NCBI GenBank assembly: GCA_900772625.1
Contig: CAAHEQ010000099.1
Location: 1 to 37,119 of the forward strand
Source: Alphaproteobacteria bacterium
GTDB taxonomy: Bacteria > Pseudomonadota > Alphaproteobacteria > CAAHEQ01 > UBA3637
DNA length: 37,119 nucleotides
Direction of reading: 5' to 3'
The notes beneath the pieces are model-generated. The model worked only from the letters and a program-made list of their open reading frames with translations, did no database searches and was not told the origin of the DNA. Positions within the stretch are counted from its first letter, which is position 1; each line of letters begins with the position of its first letter. Below, one piece after another: positions 35,985 to 37,119 of the stretch. Both the position numbers and the translations under genes were made by a program.

Positions 35985-36949
35985 TATGGCAAGGGGACCT
36001 TTTGCATTAACATATCAATAAATGAATCAGGCGTAATGCCTTTCGCCTCTGCCTCGTAAGTAAGCAACACGCGGTGGCGCAAAACATCATGCAAAACGGC
36101 GTGAATGTCATTTGGCATCACATAATCGCGACCATTGAGCCATGCATAGGCTCTTGAGCACACATCAAGCGCTATTGTACCACGCGGGCTTGCGCCATAT
36201 TCAACATAAGACGCCATAGCAGGATCATACGCCGCAGGGTTGCGGGTTGCCATAATGAATTGCACAATGTATTCTTCCAGCTCGCTCGACAGATGGACGT
36301 ACTGTACTTCGGCTCTGGCTTGCTTGACTTGCTTTTGCGTAATTTTTTGAAGTTGAGTATTTTCAAGCTGCTGGCGTGCTTCATTTCGCACAATTTGTAA
36401 AATCTTGTGTTCTGATGCTGCATCAGGGTGGCCAATGCGTACAAACATTAAAAAACGGTCGAGTTGCGCTTCGGGCAAAGGATATGTGCCTTCGTTTTCA
36501 ATCGGGTTTTGAGTGGCCATTACAAGGAACAACTCGGGCAACAAATAAGTCGTTGCACCAACCGTCACTTGGCGCTCTGCCATAGCTTCCAACAAAGCAG
36601 ATTGCACTTTGGCGGGCGCACGGTTAATTTCATCGGCCAAAATAAAGTTGTGGAAAATAGGTCCTTTTTGGAAAACAAACGTACCATTTTCGGGCCGATA
36701 AACATCGCTGCCCGTAATGTCGGCAGGCAGCAAGTCTGGCGTAAATTGGATTCGGTGTGCGTCACATTCAATTGCTTGAGCTAATTTGCGGATAGCTTTT
36801 GTCTTCGCAAGCCCTGGCGCACCTTCGACCAACAAGTGTCCATCGCCCAACAAGCAAACCAACATTTTGTCGATTAAATCCCCTTGCCCAACAATCGAGG
36901 TGTTCATATAACGGCGCAAGTTTATAAAAGCTTCTTGCATTTCTGACAT
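35984..36949 (-). CDS. MoxR-family AAA+ ATPase
   Basis: ATG at 36949 with AAGGAG 8 nt upstream; the tracked start at 36955 is a TTG. Walker A GAPGLAKT and Walker B ILADEINRA, with a MoxR-type C-terminal region. Confidence 0.92.
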   Translation of the reverse strand: MSEMQEAFINLRRYMNTSIVGQGDLIDKMLVCLLGDGHLLVEGAPGLAKTKAIRKLAQAIECDAHRIQFTPDLLPADITGSDVYRPENGTFVFQKGPIFHNFILADEINRAPAKVQSALLEAMAERQVTVGATTYLLPELFLVMATQNPIENEGTYPLPEAQLDRFLMFVRIGHPDAASEHKILQIVRNEARQQLENTQLQKITQKQVKQARAEVQYVHLSSELEEYIVQFIMATRNPAAYDPAMASYVEYGASPRGTIALDVCSRAYAWLNGRDYVMPNDIHAVLHDVLRHRVLLTYEAEAKGITPDSFIDMLMQKVPLP

Positions 36950-37027
36950 TATCAATTCTCCTTTATGTTAAAAAAATACTATACATTGTTTTTTGGATAA
37001 TATAGAATAAAATAAAAAGGAATGCAA

Positions 37028-37119
37028 ATGAGTATTACAATTTTGACGCCTTATCGTCTTTTTTTTATTACCCAAAGCGATGTGCTCTTCGCTTTAATGA
37101 AAGATGGCAGGTTGTTAAA
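37028..37119 (+). CDS. 5' end of an unidentified ORF running off the right edge
   Basis: AAAGGA lies 6-7 nt before the ATG. Translation starts MSITILTPYRLFFITQSDVLFALMKDGRLL. Only about 30 codons are visible. Confidence 0.3.
   Translation, partial: MSITILTPYRLFFITQSDVLFALMKDGRLL

Noticed and set aside
1-37119. Search by eye for tRNA T-arm motifs (GGTTCGA-type), rRNA, CRISPR-like regularly spaced repeats, IS inverted repeats, and integrase or transposase genes
   Set aside because: None found. Every ORF over 150 aa outside known genes is accounted for above. A covariance-model scan (tRNAscan or Rfam) would be needed to exclude small RNAs formally.

Overview
Chromosomal window from a moderately AT-rich Gram-negative bacterium. 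The IHF-beta sequence looks alphaproteobacterial, but this taxon call is tentative. About 34 protein genes are tightly packed, many with 1-4 nt overlaps, and most are housekeeping. They include pepN (partial), ppdK, an ABC-F ATPase, queA, pyk, an aldose epimerase, sufBCDS plus sufT, ihfB, accD, a PEBP protein, spmA/spmB-like genes, an MsbA-like exporter, gltX and aas. I found no rRNA, tRNA, CRISPR array, transposase or integrase by eye. Four stretches look non-core. (1) 5124-7550 is a decaying region between murD2 and ppdK. It holds a 28-bp dif-like XerC/XerD site abutting three tiny strong-SD ORFs that resemble a truncated microvirus (gokushovirus-like) module, then about 0.8 kb without ORFs, then a frameshifted orphan gene. 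I read this as a decayed Xer-dependent integrated element, possibly at the replication terminus. (2) 2587-5123 is a PP-loop protein plus an isolated MurD-like ligase, which fits the alternative MurL/MurD2 D-glutamate route of peptidoglycan synthesis. (3) 22885-24599 is a small islet between the suf operon and ihfB. It carries a Fic-fold protein whose catalytic His is replaced (QPFADGNKR) and two orphan ORFs. (4) 33683-36949 is a translationally coupled MoxR-DUF58-DUF4381 operon. Its usual VWA (BatA/B-type) partners are replaced by a soluble 300-aa protein with TerB-like repeats. All functional calls come from reading motifs by eye; no database search was possible.
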